Positions 11,017 to 19,958 of a stretch of DNA of 63,941 nt are shown piece by piece (the stretch's first letter is position 1; each line of letters starts with the position of its first letter). The stretch spans positions 1-63,941 of the forward strand of contig CAXXVK010000070.1 of NCBI GenBank assembly GCA_963676915.2. The letters run 5' to 3'. A program made the position numbers and the translations under genes. This DNA comes from Myxococcota bacterium. GTDB taxonomy: Bacteria > Myxococcota_A > SURF-8 > G963663525. The notes beneath the pieces are model-generated. The model ran no database searches, was not told the origin of the DNA, and worked only from the letters and a program-made list of their open reading frames with translations.

Positions 11017-13068
11017 ATGACAAAAGGTGTTTTGTTTCATACTGCAATGGTTGCTTTGTTGCTGTTCGTGGTCGTTTTGATGTCGTCTTGCGCAGGAAAG
11101 AGCGCCACGACGAAGACCGACGACGCCACCGCCGAAATGCTGGCCGTCGAACCGGTGGAAAGCCAACAACAACCCAGCGAGCCTGTGGAAGAAGCAGCTC
11201 CCGAACCCGCCGAACCGGAACCAGAGCCTGAAGCTGTGGAACCAACGGAGCCGGAAAGCGCCGAAGCTCCTGCCGAACCTGAAAAACAGAAGAAAAGTCA
11301 CGTTGTTACAGGTGTTGGTGAACCGAAATTCCGGGAAGCCGTCGAAGCGGCTCCGACCGATCCCGACAAGGCAAAAATGCTGTTCTCGGAAGCCTTGCAA
11401 ACGGATGAAAACCTTTACCAGGCCCACAACAACATCGGCGTGATCGAGATGTGGAAGGGGCAATATGCCCAGGCCCGGCAATCTTTCGGAAATGCGATTC
11501 GGTTGGAGCCGGAATACGAAGAACCTTACATCAACATGGCCTTTACCTGGACGCTTCAGGGCGACAGGGATTCGGCCTGTGGATATCTCGAACAACAGTC
11601 TCGGAAAACACCGGAACTGCTCGATGTTCGAGCGGCTTCTGCGCGGTGCATGGTCGAACAGGGACGCGTCCGTGACGGCATCGACGAAGCCAAGAAGATT
11701 TTGAAAGAAGACGAGCACAACGTTCGTGCGTTGCTGGCGATGGGGTGGGGATATTACGCCCAGGGCAAGCAGGAACTGGCCAACATGGTGTTCAACACCG
11801 TGAAAACGAAAGATCCGAACGAAGCGGAAGCCTATCACGGCATGGCGATCGTCGCTTTCAACGACAACCGACGTTCCGAAGCGAAAGCCTACTGGCAAAA
11901 AGCCGTTGAACTTCGACCGGATTTCCCGGAAGTTCATATCAATCTTGGTGTTTTTTACCTGGAAGATCAGGAGTTTGAACAGGCGCTGGCCAGTTTTGAC
12001 AAAGCCCTGGCTTACAATCCTTTGCTTGTGGAAGCCTACCTGAATCGCGGAAACGCCTTGGCCGGTTTGAACCGGGAAAAAGAAGCGCTCGCGATGTACG
12101 ACAAAGTGGAGCAGATGGACCCGGGTCGGGTGGAATTGCTGTTCAACCGTGGATTGATGAAACTTCAACTCGAACCTGTGCAGGAAGAAACGGCAACAGA
12201 GGGTGACAACACCGACGTAAACGAACTCGTGGCCCAGGTTGAAGGCAGCACGGAAAATGCCGAGCCGAAAGCGCCGGATCTTTCACGATTCGATGAAGAA
12301 ATCAGTGAATTGAAGAAAAAGAATGCGCGCATCGAAGAAGGTATTGCGCTGTTGAAGGAATACAAAAGCAAAGCCGGTAACCTACCTGATGATGATCCGA
12401 CGGATCAATACATCAAAGAAGCCGAGAGCAATATCAAGCGAAACGAACGCGAGATGATGGTTGCAGAAAAGAAAAAGCAACGTGAAATCAGGCGTTTCGA
12501 GGACGAGCAGGAAGAGGCTCGTTTGCGTGCCGAAGAGAATGCTCAACGGGCGGCTCAGGGTTTGCCGCCGTTGCCGGAACCTGGCAGTGAAGAAGAAATG
12601 ATGGACGAAGGTCTGCCGCCCGAGGGTGGTGAGGCTATGCCGGAAGAGGGTGTCGATGAGGCGCCGATGGAAGAAGCTCCGGTAGAAGGAATGCCCGAAG
12701 AGGCTGCTCCGGTGGAAGATGCTCCCATGGAAGAGGCTGTTCCGGCGGAAGAAGTTCCGGCCGAAGAAGCGGTTGCCGCTCCTCCGGTAGAAGAAGCGCC
12801 AGCGGAAGAGGCTCCTGTTGCTGACGAAGAAGCTGCCGTTCCGCCTCCACCCGAAGCTGAAGAAGGTGCCGTACCGCCGCCTCCGGCGGAAGAAGCGGTT
12901 GAAGCACCTCCGGCTGAGGAAGTGCCCGAAGCAACGGAAGCACCCGTGGAAACTCCGGCGGAAGAGGCGGTAGAAGCTCCTGTTGAGGAGACGGTAGAGG
13001 CGCCACCGATGGAAGAGGCTGTGCCGCCTCCACCCGATACGGTTCCACCTCCACCGGAGGGAATGTAA
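11017..13068 (+). CDS. TPR lipoprotein, GltE/AglT-like, with long acidic Pro/Ala/Glu-rich C-terminal tail
   Basis: Lipobox LMSSC, canonical TPRs (AHNNIGV, VHINLGVFY, AYLNRGNAL), a coiled coil, then ~150 aa of E/A/P/V repeats. Confidence 0.75.
   Translation: MTKGVLFHTAMVALLLFVVVLMSSCAGKSATTKTDDATAEMLAVEPVESQQQPSEPVEEAAPEPAEPEPEPEAVEPTEPESAEAPAEPEKQKKSHVVTGVGEPKFREAVEAAPTDPDKAKMLFSEALQTDENLYQAHNNIGVIEMWKGQYAQARQSFGNAIRLEPEYEEPYINMAFTWTLQGDRDSACGYLEQQSRKTPELLDVRAASARCMVEQGRVRDGIDEAKKILKEDEHNVRALLAMGWGYYAQGKQELANMVFNTVKTKDPNEAEAYHGMAIVAFNDNRRSEAKAYWQKAVELRPDFPEVHINLGVFYLEDQEFEQALASFDKALAYNPLLVEAYLNRGNALAGLNREKEALAMYDKVEQMDPGRVELLFNRGLMKLQLEPVQEETATEGDNTDVNELVAQVEGSTENAEPKAPDLSRFDEEISELKKKNARIEEGIALLKEYKSKAGNLPDDDPTDQYIKEAESNIKRNEREMMVAEKKKQREIRRFEDEQEEARLRAEENAQRAAQGLPPLPEPGSEEEMMDEGLPPEGGEAMPEEGVDEAPMEEAPVEGMPEEAAPVEDAPMEEAVPAEEVPAEEAVAAPPVEEAPAEEAPVADEEAAVPPPPEAEEGAVPPPPAEEAVEAPPAEEVPEATEAPVETPAEEAVEAPVEETVEAPPMEEAVPPPPDTVPPPPEGM
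12595..13065 (+). repeat. Low-complexity coding repeat (EEAP/PAEE/VPPPP units)
   Basis: Recurring gaagaggct/gaagaagc and ccgcctcc units encode EEA(P/V), PAEE and VPPPP. Confidence 0.8.
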
Positions 13069-13277
13069 ACGGTTTATCGGTCGAATCCTCTTCGAATCCG
13101 AGGAACGTTTTTCGAAAGAGGATGGGGATTTAGTGGAAAGAGCGAGGTTTCTGTAAGAAAAAGCAGCGTTTTTTCCGGTATGGGGAAAGAAGATAATGGT
13201 TTTGGCGGAAAAAAACCTTGAATTCGTGAGGTTCCTGAAGTAGCATCCGCCATACCCGATACCTTGCGAGGTTTGGA

Positions 13278-13517
13278 ATGAGAAAGTGGCTTTTCTTGCT
13301 TGCTCTGGTTGGGGGGATGGTCGTAGTGTCTTCGACTTCCGCTTTTTGTGCGGGCAAGATTCAACTGGAGGAAGGTAAAATCGAAGGCAAAATCGTTCGA
13401 CCGGAAATGTCTTTGATTCTTCATCGGGCCAAGATCGATTACGATACGTTACGAACGGATTACGATTTTCTTGAAAAGGTCGTGGATGCAGTGGAAAAGG
13501 AAGACGTTCTTCGCTGA
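13278..13517 (+). CDS. Small secreted protein, GltF/CglF-like
   Basis: 79 aa with a signal peptide. IQLEEGKIEGKIVRPE...LRTDYDFLEKV resembles the GltF 'IeG.l.kP...r.dF..el' pattern, and it follows the GltE-like gene. Confidence 0.6.
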   Translation: MRKWLFLLALVGGMVVVSSTSAFCAGKIQLEEGKIEGKIVRPEMSLILHRAKIDYDTLRTDYDFLEKVVDAVEKEDVLR

Positions 13518-13642
13518 AAAGGGGAGAAATTTCAGGCCATTGCAAAAACGATTGAAATAAACGAGACAGTTTCAGGAAATTTTGGGAAATAGTGCGTCTT
13601 ACGCACAAATTTTCGACTAGACAACTCTTAAGGAGGAAACAA

Positions 13643-14290
13643 ATGGAATGGTTGGGTGGTATTCAGAAGTTTATGATGGACGGCGGAGCGTTTATGTGGA
13701 TCATCGCCGTGGTTTCCGTTCTGGCGATCGGTGTCTCTCTTGAGCGCTTTTACTTCCTGTTCTTCCGTTTCAACATCAATGCGTCCCAATTCTGGACCAA
13801 CGTGCAGAAACTGGTTATGGCGAACAACATCGACCGTGCGATCAAGCTTTGCAACGCCGCTGGCAATGCGTCGCTGCCCAAAGTCATCAAAGCCGGTCTG
13901 ACCCGTGCCAACAAAGGTGAAATCGAAATCGCCAACGCGATCGAAGAAGCGACTCTGGAAGTTCTGCCGCAGTTGCAGAAGCGCACCAACAGCCTGTTGA
14001 CTGCCGCTCAGATCGCCACTTACCTCGGACTGCTCGGAACCATCTTCGGTATGATCGCGGCCTTCGAAGCCGTGGCCAGCGCCGCCCCCGAACAGAAAGC
14101 GACCGCTCTGGCCAGCGCCATTTCTATCGCCATGAACACCACCGCTTTCGGTCTGATCGTCGCGATCCCGTCCCTGGCGGTGCACATGGTTCTGTCCGGT
14201 CTGACGCAGAAGATCATTCACGAAGTCGATCAGTACTCCGTGAAGCTCGAAAACCTGCTCGTTTCGCGCAGCAAGGGTAGCGCCGAATAA
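13643..14290 (+). CDS. MotA/TolQ/ExbB proton-channel protein (AglR-like)
   Basis: AGGAGG Shine-Dalgarno, GGAFMWII...LERF, ATYLGLLGTIFGMIAAF and AMNTTAFGLIVAIP. Confidence 0.92.
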   Translation: MEWLGGIQKFMMDGGAFMWIIAVVSVLAIGVSLERFYFLFFRFNINASQFWTNVQKLVMANNIDRAIKLCNAAGNASLPKVIKAGLTRANKGEIEIANAIEEATLEVLPQLQKRTNSLLTAAQIATYLGLLGTIFGMIAAFEAVASAAPEQKATALASAISIAMNTTAFGLIVAIPSLAVHMVLSGLTQKIIHEVDQYSVKLENLLVSRSKGSAE

Positions 14291-14314
14291 GATTTCACGC
14301 TCCGGTTCGAAAAA

Positions 14315-14351
14315 CCTTCGATGAAAGACCGACCGGTTCTTTCATCGAAGG
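14315..14351 (+). promoter_or_regulatory. Intergenic 14-bp-stem hairpin between the TolQ-like and first TolR-like gene
   Basis: CCTTCGATGAAAGA (14315-14328) and TCTTTCATCGAAGG (14338-14351) form a perfect inverted repeat with no U-tract. Confidence 0.55.
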
Positions 14352-14403
14352 GCATCTATTAATTGCGTGAGAAATACTGGTTGGAACAACCCGGAGAGGC
14401 GAC

Positions 14404-15144
14404 ATGTCCAGGCGTTTAAACCGATACAAGAAACTTGCCGAAGGCAATGATATGAATCTCATCCCGATGATGAATCTCATTGCTCTTCTGATTCCGACTC
14501 TGATGATTTCGACAGAGTACCTGAAAATCGCAACGATCGCGGTTTCGTCTCCGCAGGTAGGACCGAAAAACACGGCTCCGGCAGATCCCAACAACGAAGA
14601 AAAAGAGAAACCTCTTCAGTTGACGTTGGGTGTGACGAGCATCGGCTTCTATCTCAAGTGCAATGTCGATGCCTGCAAGCCGCCCGAAGGCGTAGCGGCG
14701 ACCGGTGGACAAGGCGCGGATATCGGCAAGGTTCCCGTAGATGTGTACAACACTCGTGAAGAATCCGGAATCACGAGGGAGGTGCTTCGCATCTGGAAAG
14801 GTGCGGACGGTAAAAAGTACATGTTGGGTGTCAAAGAAGTCGATGATGAAAAAATCGATGATGCGCTGAAATCCTACAGAGAAAGCGGAAATCTCATTTC
14901 CTCGAAAGCTCAGGATTTCGACTATCCAGCTCTGCACAAGCGTCTGCGTGAAATTTACAAGCAGGCTACCGAGCAGAACAAGCCGGACAAGAGCCAGATC
15001 ATTCTTACGCCCGAACCGAAAATTCCTTTCCACAATCTCATTCGTATTATGGATGCCTCGCGATCCTATGTTGAAGTCGAAGGGGATGCGCCAAAGAAAA
15101 AGTTGATGTTCCCTCAGGTCGTCCTGAGTGCGGGTGTCGTGTAG
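14404..15144 (+). CDS. ExbD/TolR-family protein 1 (AglQ-like), with enlarged periplasmic domain
   Basis: MNLIPMMNLIALLIPTLM transmembrane segment; C-terminal FDYPALHKRLREI...IILTPEPKIPFHNLIRIMDASR...MFPQVVLS. Confidence 0.8.
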   Translation: MSRRLNRYKKLAEGNDMNLIPMMNLIALLIPTLMISTEYLKIATIAVSSPQVGPKNTAPADPNNEEKEKPLQLTLGVTSIGFYLKCNVDACKPPEGVAATGGQGADIGKVPVDVYNTREESGITREVLRIWKGADGKKYMLGVKEVDDEKIDDALKSYRESGNLISSKAQDFDYPALHKRLREIYKQATEQNKPDKSQIILTPEPKIPFHNLIRIMDASRSYVEVEGDAPKKKLMFPQVVLSAGVV

Positions 15145-15219
15145 TAGATTCCTTCAGCGCCTCTTCCTTGAAGGGGTGTGCCGTATTTGGCTGGAATTTT
15201 CTTCCGAGGAAAGAAAACG

Positions 15220-15807
15220 ATGAGCGATCAGGAAAAGAAAGAATTGACCCAAGAGGAACTCGAAGCTATTCAAGACTTCGAGGCGATCAAGGCCAAAAGA
15301 AAAGCTAAGAAAGCCAATCGTGGCGGGGCTGCAGAAGGCAATCTGTCGATTGACTCCCTGTTGGACATCTTGACCATCCTCTTGGTCTTCCTTTTGATGA
15401 ACTATTCTACGGACGTGACCAACGTTACGCCTACGGACGATCTTCAGCTCGTGAAATCCATCGAGATTGAAAAGACGCACAAGCAAATGGTTCCGATTGG
15501 AATCACCCGCGATTTCATCTTGGTCGATAACAAGCCTATCGTTCAGGTAAAAGACGGGCGCGTAAGCGCTTCCGCCAAGCGTGAAGGAGCTGACGGCTTC
15601 TTCATTACTCCGCTGTTCGACTCTTTGGAAGAAGAGGCGAAAAAGCAGCGAAAAATCGCTCAATACAACAGTTCCATCAAGTTCGAAGGTCAGATGATGG
15701 TGATTGTTGATGAGAATGTGCCGTATCGTTTACTTTCGGAAGTGCTGTATACGGCGGGACAAGCGGAATTCGCCCAGTACGAATTCGTTGTCCTGCGCAA
15801 CGAGTAA
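15220..15807 (+). CDS. ExbD/TolR-family protein 2 (AglS-like)
   Basis: LSIDSLLDILTILLVFLLMNYS transmembrane segment with the conserved Asp; VIVDENVPYRLLSEVLYTAGQAEF. Confidence 0.88.
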   Translation: MSDQEKKELTQEELEAIQDFEAIKAKRKAKKANRGGAAEGNLSIDSLLDILTILLVFLLMNYSTDVTNVTPTDDLQLVKSIEIEKTHKQMVPIGITRDFILVDNKPIVQVKDGRVSASAKREGADGFFITPLFDSLEEEAKKQRKIAQYNSSIKFEGQMMVIVDENVPYRLLSEVLYTAGQAEFAQYEFVVLRNE

Positions 15808-16017
15808 ACAGAAAAACCAGGGATCCAGGTCACTTTTTCGAAGGGGAAGCGCTCGGCTTGCGAATTGTAAAGGGTTGCGCGTTTGTTTGACAAAAAAGTT
15901 TCGCTGCCAGGAAATCCTGTGTTATATTATATGACACAGGATTATAGATTGAAGCAAACTAGCAACAACGCTCGTTCATTCGCTTTCAAGACCCGCGCCG
16001 CGTGAGAGGATCGTTTG

Positions 16018-17391
16018 ATGGCTGAAAAGAGCCCTGAGAGAATTCTTCGGATAGGTATTATACAGAGCGGCAAAATCGTGGAAGAGCGCCTCATGAGGCG
16101 ACGTTCTGCGGTAACGATCGGTACGTCGCCCAATGCTACGTTCATCGTTCCTTCCACGAGTGATAAATTCCCCAAATCTTTCTCGGTTTTCCAGGTACAA
16201 AAGGGAAGCTATTTCCTCGTTTTCAACGAGACCATGAAGGGTAAAGTCACCATCGGTGGTGAAATGCTCGAACTGGAAGCGTTACGAACGTCTGGGAAAG
16301 CGCACAAGTCCGGGAAAAATTTCCAGGTGCCGATTTCGGATACCTCTCGTGGTAAAATCACTATTGGAGATGCGACGTTATTGTACAATTTCGTCGCCGC
16401 TCCTCCGATACCTCCGAAGCCCCGGCTTCCTGCCTCTATTCGTGGTGGTTGGGTCAAAAGTATCGACTGGGTGTTTGCTGCGGTGGTTGTTGGATCATTT
16501 CTGGCGCACTCCGCATTGTTCGGAGCAGCTGCGATGGCTCCGACTCCTAAAAAAATGTCTTTAGAAAAAGTACCCGAACGTTTTGCAAAGTTCGTTGTCG
16601 AAAAAATGCCCGAACCCGAACCTCCTCAAGAAGAGGAAGTGGCCGTAGAAGAGGGGCCGGGCGATGCGGTTCTCGAAGAGAAACCGCAAAAGGTCGAAAA
16701 AGCCGAGCCTAAGAAAAAAATGACGGATGAGCAGCGGGCGGCGGCGGAAGCTGAACGGCGACGAAAGATCGCCGAGAAAGTTTCAAACACGGGTTTATTG
16801 CAATTATTGACTGCAAAGGGACCGGGTGGCAGCAATACCATGGGTGCCTTGGTCGATACTCTTTCCGATGGTCAACGAATGGGTTCGATTTCCGATGCCA
16901 TGGAAGGTGTTTCGAAGCTGGCGGTTGCCGATGACGCAAGCAATCGTGCCAGGCGTGGCGTTGGTAGTGGTGGTGCTTCCGGCGGGACGCGAGATGTGGG
17001 TAACCTTGACGTAGCCGCAGGTGGTGGAAAGAAAACGACCAAACGCGCCGAGAAGAAAGTCAAAGCAAAGATGGCTTCCGGTCGTGCTGATATTATCGGT
17101 AGCTTCAACCAGGCCTCTTTGAAGCGTACGATTCGACGCTACGAGCCTTCCATTCGTAGTTGTTACGAACAGGAACTTCGGAGGAACCCGAAGCTTTCCG
17201 GTAAAGTCTACATCGATTTCACGATTGGTGTGACGGGTAAAGTTACGCGGGCTTCCGTAGGACGAAGCAGCCTGAAAAGTCGCGCTGTAGAGTCTTGTAT
17301 TGTCGCTCGTGTGCGGGGTTGGAGATTCCCGAAACCGCCGGACGGAGAAGTTGAAATTACATATCCGATCGTTTTCAGTGCCGCTCGTTGA
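16018..17391 (+). CDS. GltG/PglI-like TonB-type energy transducer (N-terminal FHA-like beta domain, one TM helix, AgmX/PglI C-terminal domain)
   Basis: ILRIGIIQSGKIVEER N-terminus, TM segment with a TonB-like S-x3-H (SFLAHSA), Pro/Glu/Lys linker, and IRSCYEQELRRNPKLSGKV...CIVARVRGWRFPKP...ITYPIVF. Confidence 0.82.
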   Translation: MAEKSPERILRIGIIQSGKIVEERLMRRRSAVTIGTSPNATFIVPSTSDKFPKSFSVFQVQKGSYFLVFNETMKGKVTIGGEMLELEALRTSGKAHKSGKNFQVPISDTSRGKITIGDATLLYNFVAAPPIPPKPRLPASIRGGWVKSIDWVFAAVVVGSFLAHSALFGAAAMAPTPKKMSLEKVPERFAKFVVEKMPEPEPPQEEEVAVEEGPGDAVLEEKPQKVEKAEPKKKMTDEQRAAAEAERRRKIAEKVSNTGLLQLLTAKGPGGSNTMGALVDTLSDGQRMGSISDAMEGVSKLAVADDASNRARRGVGSGGASGGTRDVGNLDVAAGGGKKTTKRAEKKVKAKMASGRADIIGSFNQASLKRTIRRYEPSIRSCYEQELRRNPKLSGKVYIDFTIGVTGKVTRASVGRSSLKSRAVESCIVARVRGWRFPKPPDGEVEITYPIVFSAAR

Positions 17392-17483
17392 CTTTCGTCA
17401 ATATCGACTTAAGGTTCTAGAAAACGTGACGAAAGAAAAAAGTGTCACAAAAAAAGAAAAAAGTTAATTCGGTTGACAAAGCC

Positions 17484-17512
17484 TTGACACTGATATATAT
17501 GTAATCTAAACT
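17484..17512 (+). promoter_or_regulatory. Candidate sigma70 promoter
   Basis: TTGACA (17484-17489), 17 bp spacer, TAAACT (17507-17512). A second TTGACA sits at 17473 with an A-rich upstream tract. Confidence 0.5.
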
Positions 17513-17666
17513 TAAGCACCAAGTGACGTTAACATAAAGAATTGATACTTTTACAAATTGAACGGGGATGGCAACGATAGGTTGTTGTGTTTCAAATCTA
17601 AGGTTTGAATGCAATAGCTTCCCAATTTGAACTTAAATCTATTCAGAGAATGAATAGGGGGAAAGA

Positions 17667-18356
17667 ATGAAACGTTTGCACAAAATTTTACTTCTCGGCA
17701 TGGTCGCGGCATTTTTGGCCGTAGTTGCTTTGCCTGCATCCAGTTCTTGGGCGCAGGAAAAGGATGCCATGAGCAAATCCAGTTCCGCTTCTGCTAAAAA
17801 GCTCGCGCAGAAGTCCAAGACGGAACTTGCTCAAATCAATGCTAAAATCAAAGCCTACCAGGCCAAAATCAACGATCCGAAAACTCCTGCTGCACAAAAG
17901 AAGGTGTATAAGGATAAGTTGAAAAACTTGAAAACCTATCGTGGCCTCATCGTGAAGACGATGAAAAATGCGGAAAAATGTAAAGATGATAGCTGCTACG
18001 AGCAAAATCTCGCTGTTTTGAATAAAGTGGGAGTTGCTGCGGATAAGGTTCCTGAGGCTGCTGCAGCTGACGCTGCGGCTACACCGCAGACTGCTATGGC
18101 CGCTGCATCAACCCCGGAAACTCAGGATACGCAAGCCACCAACAAAGGCGATGCTCTTCAGACTACGGTAGCCGATGCTACAGCCGCTTCCAGTGTGCAG
18201 ACTGGTGGTCGTATCGGTGGTATCGATACCGGTGGTAGTGCTCCGCCTTCCGACCCGAATACAACAGGTACTTCGGCCACGGATCAGGCTTCGACTACCG
18301 GTGAGACCGGCGGCGGAGATTCTCCTGATGTCGCACCTCCTACAAGCCCGAACTAA
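17667..18356 (+). CDS. Secreted protein: Lys-rich helical domain with Cys pair, Thr/Ser/Ala/Gly-rich disordered tail
   Basis: Signal peptide (..SSWA), KCKDDSC, and a low-complexity C-terminus ending PDVAPPTSPN. Confidence 0.7.
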   Translation: MKRLHKILLLGMVAAFLAVVALPASSSWAQEKDAMSKSSSASAKKLAQKSKTELAQINAKIKAYQAKINDPKTPAAQKKVYKDKLKNLKTYRGLIVKTMKNAEKCKDDSCYEQNLAVLNKVGVAADKVPEAAAADAAATPQTAMAAASTPETQDTQATNKGDALQTTVADATAASSVQTGGRIGGIDTGGSAPPSDPNTTGTSATDQASTTGETGGGDSPDVAPPTSPN

Positions 18357-18368
18357 TCATGAAATCAA

Positions 18369-18402
18369 GCTGTCGGAAGATAAAAAACCGTCTTCCGGCA
18401 GC
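18369..18402 (+). terminator. Stem-loop after 17667-18356 (weak terminator or mRNA stabiliser)
   Basis: GCTGTCGGAAGA...TCTTCCGGCAGC inverted repeat followed by TTAT. Confidence 0.4.
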
Positions 18403-18441
18403 TTATGAATAATTTTGATAAAAATTAAAAAGGGGAACGTT

Positions 18442-19833
18442 ATGAGAAGAATGAAGAAGGTAGGACTCTTGGCAAGCTTGCTCCTCGCGGGCTTGCTTTT
18501 CGCCTTGCCTGCTGCAAGTTTTGCACAGTCTGCTGCAGCAAAGGCAGATATCAAAAGCGGCGCCAACAATCAAGCCAAGGGTTTCAAGGTTGGCAAGCTC
18601 GTGATTCATCCTGGTATCAGTTTGCAGAATGTGTACGATACCAACGTGCAGGCCAAGCCTTCTGGAGAAGAGCTTAGCGACTACATCCTGCGAATCGTTG
18701 CTGGTCTAAAACTCAACTATCCCGATCCCGATGTCTCTTTCACATTGGATGCTAATGCCGGGTATGCTCATTATTTCGGCTTGGACGAAGATGATAGTGG
18801 TAATGATACCAGCGAACTTAGCAACATTACCGGTCAGGTTCGTGCGACGTTGACGCTGTTCCCCTCCAATACCGTCGGCGGCTGGATCAACAACAACTTC
18901 CGTCGTTTGGCCAGCCCGGAGCAGGTGGCGACATTGACCACCACGGATCGTATTTCCAATGTCGCCAACGCCGTGATGAGCATCAAACCCGGTGGTGGAC
19001 AGCTTCGTTTCTTCATTGGGTACACCAACAGCCTTATGATTTACGAAGATACGGCTGCAGAAGAAAACAACTGGATCTCGCATAAAGCCAGCGTCCAGAG
19101 CGAATGGGAATTCCTTCCGGAAACCGCGGCCTTCGCAGATTTCAATTTCTCTTATCGTACGTACAATGATTTCAAAAAAATCGCTTATAACGGTTCCATC
19201 AATGGTGTAAATGAATCCGGGACAGCGGGTCTGTATACTCAAGAAGCTCCCGACGCCATGCCGATTCGTTTTAAACTCGGTCTGAAGAGCCGCTTTACGG
19301 ATTGGTTCTCGATGACGGCGGCTGCCGGATACGGAAACACGATGTCGGTCAATGGAACCGATGATTTCAGCAGCGTGATTGCCAACCTCGAAGGTCGTTT
19401 TGATTTTACTCGAAACACCATGCTTCGTGTTGGTTTCACACGTGACTTTGCTCCTGCACCTACCTATTGGTACACGGCAAACAACAAAATTTACACCGAA
19501 TTCAAGCAATTGTTGCTGAACGAGCAAATCACTCTTTACTTGTATGGTTCGTTCGACGCGATTCAATACGGTCAACCTTCCAGCGGTGCGCTCGCCAGCC
19601 TGACGAAATACACGGGTAGCGAGCGGGATCGTACGGATATGGTGGCTACCGTGGCTCCGTCGATCAAATACGCGCCGATTCCGTTTTTCCAGATGGAACT
19701 CGGTTATCGTATGAGCACGAAAATCACGGATTACGAACTGTATTCGGACGATAGCGACAAAGCGAATACGAATCCTTCCAAGTACGATTACATGAGGAAC
19801 GAGATCTTCCTCAAGTTGGAATCGATCTACTAA
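18442..19833 (+). CDS. Outer-membrane beta-barrel, probable polysaccharide-export porin partnering the adjacent OPX (EpsX/Wzp-like)
   Basis: Signal peptide, GFKVGKLVIHPGISLQNVYDTNV start typical of capsular/EPS barrels, alternating beta-strands, terminal aromatic (LKLESIY), adjacent to a wza-like gene. Confidence 0.72.
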   Translation: MRRMKKVGLLASLLLAGLLFALPAASFAQSAAAKADIKSGANNQAKGFKVGKLVIHPGISLQNVYDTNVQAKPSGEELSDYILRIVAGLKLNYPDPDVSFTLDANAGYAHYFGLDEDDSGNDTSELSNITGQVRATLTLFPSNTVGGWINNNFRRLASPEQVATLTTTDRISNVANAVMSIKPGGGQLRFFIGYTNSLMIYEDTAAEENNWISHKASVQSEWEFLPETAAFADFNFSYRTYNDFKKIAYNGSINGVNESGTAGLYTQEAPDAMPIRFKLGLKSRFTDWFSMTAAAGYGNTMSVNGTDDFSSVIANLEGRFDFTRNTMLRVGFTRDFAPAPTYWYTANNKIYTEFKQLLLNEQITLYLYGSFDAIQYGQPSSGALASLTKYTGSERDRTDMVATVAPSIKYAPIPFFQMELGYRMSTKITDYELYSDDSDKANTNPSKYDYMRNEIFLKLESIY

Positions 19834-19854
19834 GATTCGTTTGACCTAAGCATT

Positions 19855-19892
19855 AACGCCTGAGGGAAGGTTTTCCTTCAGGCGTTTTTTTT
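19855..19892 (+). terminator. Rho-independent terminator
   Basis: AACGCCTGAGGGAA...TTCCTTCAGGCGTT stem followed by a T-run. Confidence 0.8.
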
Positions 19893-19958
19893 GGCAAAAG
19901 TTCGTCGTTTGCGGTAAAAATCGTACCGTCTTGTAAAAAACGACATAAGGGTAATGAT

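Noticed and set aside
10648-12168. Long antisense ORFs here and at 27435-28595, 34737-36026, 39846-41279 and 45791-47140
   Set aside because: They lie opposite genes with clear family motifs and carry no motifs of their own, as is typical of GC-rich coding DNA.
12382-13608. 408-aa Arg/Phe-rich minus-strand ORF
   Set aside because: It is the antisense shadow of the Glu/Pro repeat region and overlaps two better-supported genes.
4234-17391. Calling this the canonical Agl-Glt gliding machinery and assigning agl/glt symbols
   Set aside because: No recognisable GltA/B/H/K or GltI/J genes are present, and paralogous clusters with other roles exist. Orthology cannot be set by eye.
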